Assembly (NCBI GenBank): GCA_963804505.1
Contig: CAWDQP010000007.1
Coordinates: 132,826-196,825, forward strand
Direction of reading: 5' to 3'
Length of the DNA: 64,000 nt
From: an uncultured Thermoplasmata archaeon
GTDB taxonomy: Archaea > Thermoplasmatota > Thermoplasmata > Lutacidiplasmatales > UBA184
Below, piece by piece: positions 62,985 to 64,000 of the stretch. Position 1 is the first letter of the stretch; every line of letters begins with the position of its first letter. The notes below the pieces were generated by a model. It was not told the DNA's origin. It was given only the letters and a program-made list of their open reading frames with translations, and did not search any database. A program made the translations under genes and the position numbers.

Positions 62985-64000
62985 CGCGGCTCGCGCTCGT
63001 CCAATCGTACCGCAGCACCGCCGCGATCCCCCCGAGCGCGGTCAGGCGCTTACCGGCGGCTTCGTCCGCGCGCACCAGGAACACCCGCCCCCGCCCGGCC
63101 CGCGCGAGGTCCATCAGGCGCGCCACCTCCGGGTCCGCGAGGAGCACGTCCGAGACAAGGACGGTCTCGACCGCGCCGCCCTCGATCGCCTCCGCGACCT
63201 CCCGCGGCCCGACGGCCGCCCGGGTCCCGGTCGCGAGGGCCGTCACGAGCTGCTCCACGATCTCCGCCTCCTCGGCCGCGACGCTCGCGGCGAGGACCTC
63301 GCTCGCCCGGCCCGACCGGAGCAGCTCGTCGACCCCGGCGCGGCCCGATTCGGCGGTCGGGTAGAGCCGCGTGCGCTTCGCGAGCTCGGGGGCCTTCTCC
63401 TGGAGCCGCCGGACCAGCTGCTCCTTGAGGAACCCGGGCCCCGAGACGATCAGGGCGTTCGCGTTCGCCCCCTCCCGCGTCACCACGGCGCAAAGGTCGT
63501 CAAGATAGGCGGCGCGGTCGCGCTCGACCCCGCTCGCCCCGAACTGCTTTCCGGCAATCGTCCGGCGCACGTCGGCGACCGGATCGATCGCCCGGCCCCG
63601 GATCCGGACGACGGACGAGTCGCCCCAATCGACCGAGGCGATCACGATCGTCGGCTCTCCCTTCCCGGAAAGGCCCTCGTCGAGCAGGGCCCGCTCCCCG
63701 CGCCCAGCGTCGGCTTGAGGACCGCCACGTCGTCGCCTTCGGTGAGGTCGAGCGTGTGATGACGCCCGATATCGAACGGGCCCTCGACGATCGGGCCGGT
63801 CAGGCGCACGTGCCCGGAGAAGCCGTGGAACTCCACCTGCTCCACGCGGATGGTGAGGAAGACCCGCCGACGCGACCGCTCCGCCCCCGGCACGTCCTCG
63901 GGGGCCTCGGGGTCGCGGCGGGTCGTGGAGGCCCCGACGAGCTCGCCCTGCCGGACGAGCCGGGAGATCCTCCACAGATCGCTCGGCGTCTCGAGCCGTA
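62926..64000 (-). CDS. pelA: Pelota (aRF1-related mRNA surveillance factor), N-terminus outside window, 1 apparent frameshift; 3' end uncertain
   Basis: ...ETPSDLWRISRLVRQGELVGASTTRR at the window edge, ORF 63642..63893 (IRVEQVEFHGFSGHVRLTGPIVEG), then ORF 62926..63975 (IVIASVDWG..., ALIVSGPGFLKEQ, LGGIAAVLRY). Confidence 0.88.
   Translation of the reverse strand, partial: TARDAERSVEDLPARPAGRARRGLHDPPRPRGPRGRAGGGAVASAGLPHHPRGAGGVPRLLRARAPDRPDRRGPVRYRASSHARPHRRRRRGGPQADAGRGERALLDEGLSGKGEPTIVIASVDWGDSSVVRIRGRAIDPVADVRRTIAGKQFGASGVERDRAAYLDDLCAVVTREGANANALIVSGPGFLKEQLVRRLQEKAPELAKRTRLYPTAESGRAGVDELLRSGRASEVLAASVAAEEAEIVEQLVTALATGTRAAVGPREVAEAIEGGAVETVLVSDVLLADPEVARLMDLARAGRGRVFLVRADEAAGKRLTALGGIAAVLRYDWTSASRATGSPGSPRASPRTGASGP

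Overview
GC-rich (by eye about two-thirds G+C) archaeal chromosomal fragment, densely coding on both strands. No rRNA, CRISPR array, transposase or integrase was seen. Archaeal hallmarks: EF-1alpha-S10, an S13-S4-S11-RpoD cluster, membrane LonB, proteasome alpha subunit, MBF1, Pelota, NMN adenylyltransferase, and archaetidylserine synthase/decarboxylase. Also present: uvrA-uvrC, type IA topoisomerase, folD, moaA, msrA/msrB, ribA, argF, citrate synthase, thiolase+DUF35, dnaJ, an ACE-like M2 peptidase, an S53 sedolisin, HtrA, three tRNAs (Ala-CGC, Thr-CGU, Phe-GAA), and many small Zn-ribbon, VOC, DinB and GyrI-type proteins. Many conserved genes, including essential ones, are split over two or more reading frames by single-base indels, several at homopolymer runs. 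I read this as sequence error rather than biology, so boundaries of frameshifted genes are approximate. Most interesting region: a ~5 kb lower-GC segment immediately 3' of tRNA-Ala, bounded by a 16-nt direct repeat of the tRNA 3' end. It carries an unannotated 38-codon ORF with its own TATA-like box and a hairpin+T-tract, then an intact MvdC/MvdD-like ATP-grasp ligase and an MFS transporter. This is a candidate graspetide-type RiPP locus in an archaeon. All family assignments come from motif recognition by eye; no database search was run.
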